Shown: positions 35,910 to 37,112 of the stretch, one piece after another
How positions within the stretch are numbered: the stretch's first letter is position 1
Layout: each line of letters begins with the position of its first letter
From: Octopus sinensis
Lineage: Eukaryota
Assembly: GCF_006345805.1 (NCBI RefSeq)
Contig: NW_021836840.1
Span: 1 to 37,112, forward strand
DNA: 37,112 bases
Reading direction: 5' to 3'
Notes under the pieces: generated by a model
Seen by the model: the letters and a program-made list of their open reading frames with translations, nothing else
What the model was told of the DNA's origin: nothing
Databases searched by the model: none
Program-made: the position numbers and the translations under genes

Positions 35910-36144
35910 TAGGCAGGATTAAACTCAAACTTCAAAATTAACCTACAACAAGAAACACATAAATCTATGTACATCTGAATCGGTATTAATAGTAAACCTA
36001 CAATAACTAAATTATACACTAAAGAATGACCATAATGTGTGTGTATGTGGAATGGGTGTACACATATACACATATGTTCCCTTCGATGAAAACTGATATC
36101 CAATTACCCAAGAGAATAAGTTCATTAAAAAAGAAAAATTAAAA

Positions 36145-36500
36145 GAGACGACAATGATATTTCGCTGAAAAGCTTAAGGGAGAGGACGAAAATATCTCAT
36201 TGAAAACAATATTAACGAATAGAACAATAGTGTTTCATTTAAAAAGTTTGCGGAGAGGATAATGATAGAATTTCGCTGGAAAAAAAGAGACAAAAGAGGA
36301 AGAAAAAAAAAATGGTGAGAGCAGTAATATAATTTCATTGAAAAGATTAATGAGCGCTGGAGATTTTAACGGACAGAGCAAAAATATTTTGTTATTGAGA
36401 AAATCAACGATTTGCCAAAATATGATTTGAGTGAGAAAATTAGCGGACAGAACAATGATATAATTTCATTGAAATAATTAACAAACAGAACAATATGATC
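36145..36500. repeat. Old degenerate ~36-bp tandem repeat
   Basis: Recurrent acaatgatat(aa)tttc(a/g)(t/c)tgaaaa at about 36151, 36186, 36223, 36259, 36321 and 36452. Confidence 0.5.
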
Positions 36501-36659
36501 GGTTCGGCGGAGGGAAGGGATTTTCAACATTTTACGATTTGCTATAAAAGTCGTCCAAGGTTTTTTTCCGAGAATATCGATGTTTTAGCTTCGGATTGTT
36601 TGTGAGTTATTTGCAGATTTGGATAAATATTTAATTAAACTCTTTTAGGTTTTAAATTT

Positions 36660-36868
36660 TGGCACAAGGCCAACAATTTTGAGTGATGGGCAAGTCGATT
36701 ACATCGCCCCCAGTGCTCAACTGGTACTTATTTTATAGAACCCGAAGGGATAACAGGTAACGTCAACCTCGGCGGAATTTGAACTCAGAACGTAAAGACT
36801 GACAAAATGCCGCTATTCATCTTGTCCGTCGAGATAATGATTTTATCAGCCCACCATCTTAAATGTTA
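36660..36868 (-). mobile_element. Diverged SINE family D monomer (tail 2)
   Basis: ggcacaaggcc..aattttg..agtcgattacatcg.ccccagtgctcaactggtacttatttt...cctcggcggaatttgaactcagaacgt. Confidence 0.75.
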
Positions 36869-36884
36869 CTATATGGATTTTCAA

Positions 36885-37090
36885 CTTATGGCACAGGGCT
36901 AGCAATTTTGGGAAAGATGCTAAGTCGATTACATCGAACCCTCGGCTCAACTGGTTTCTTATTTTATCAATCACGAAAGGGTGAAAAATGGAGTCTACAC
37001 TGGTTGCCTTTGAACTCAGGATGAAAATCAGAAAAATGCTGCTAAGCATTTTCTCACGCTTGGTAACGACTCTGCCGGTTCACCGCCCTA
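36885..37090 (-). mobile_element. Strongly diverged SINE family D monomer (tail 2)
   Basis: ggcacagggctagcaattttg..aagtcgattacatcga...gctaagcatt...ctgccggttcaccgcc. Confidence 0.65.
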
Positions 37091-37112
37091 AGAACTGTTG
37101 ATGTATTGAAGC

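Overview
Eukaryotic, AT-rich, microsatellite- and transposon-saturated DNA. The SINE families present point to an octopus (coleoid cephalopod) genome; this is inferred from repeat recognition, not from a database search. I can identify no intact host gene, rRNA, true tRNA or CRISPR array, and nearly all ORFs in the supplied track are simple-repeat artefacts. What is present: four tRNA-headed SINE families in about 14 copies; four non-LTR retrotransposon 3' fragments (two CR1/L2-like, one R4/Dong-like RLE type, one L1/Tx1-like); decayed mariner and Tc1 transposases; and three sizeable tandem arrays (43-bp, ATGTTTCTAC+(GT)n, 22-bp). The most striking signal is a cluster of type I hammerhead ribozyme motifs: five well-formed and two non-canonical, from about five unrelated sequence families. 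They have short, self-complementary stem III typical of Penelope-like elements, three families have unusually long stem II inserts, and most sit in 200-420 bp fragments between (TA)n tracts. Other notable structure: a 3-kb satellite that grew out of the last codons of a LINE ORF2; SINE dimers with a fixed internal junction that are flanked by target-site duplications; an L1/Tx1 fragment flanked by a ~125-145 bp direct duplication; and a Dong-like element inside a (TAA)n tract. All structures were folded and aligned by eye, and element boundaries are approximate.
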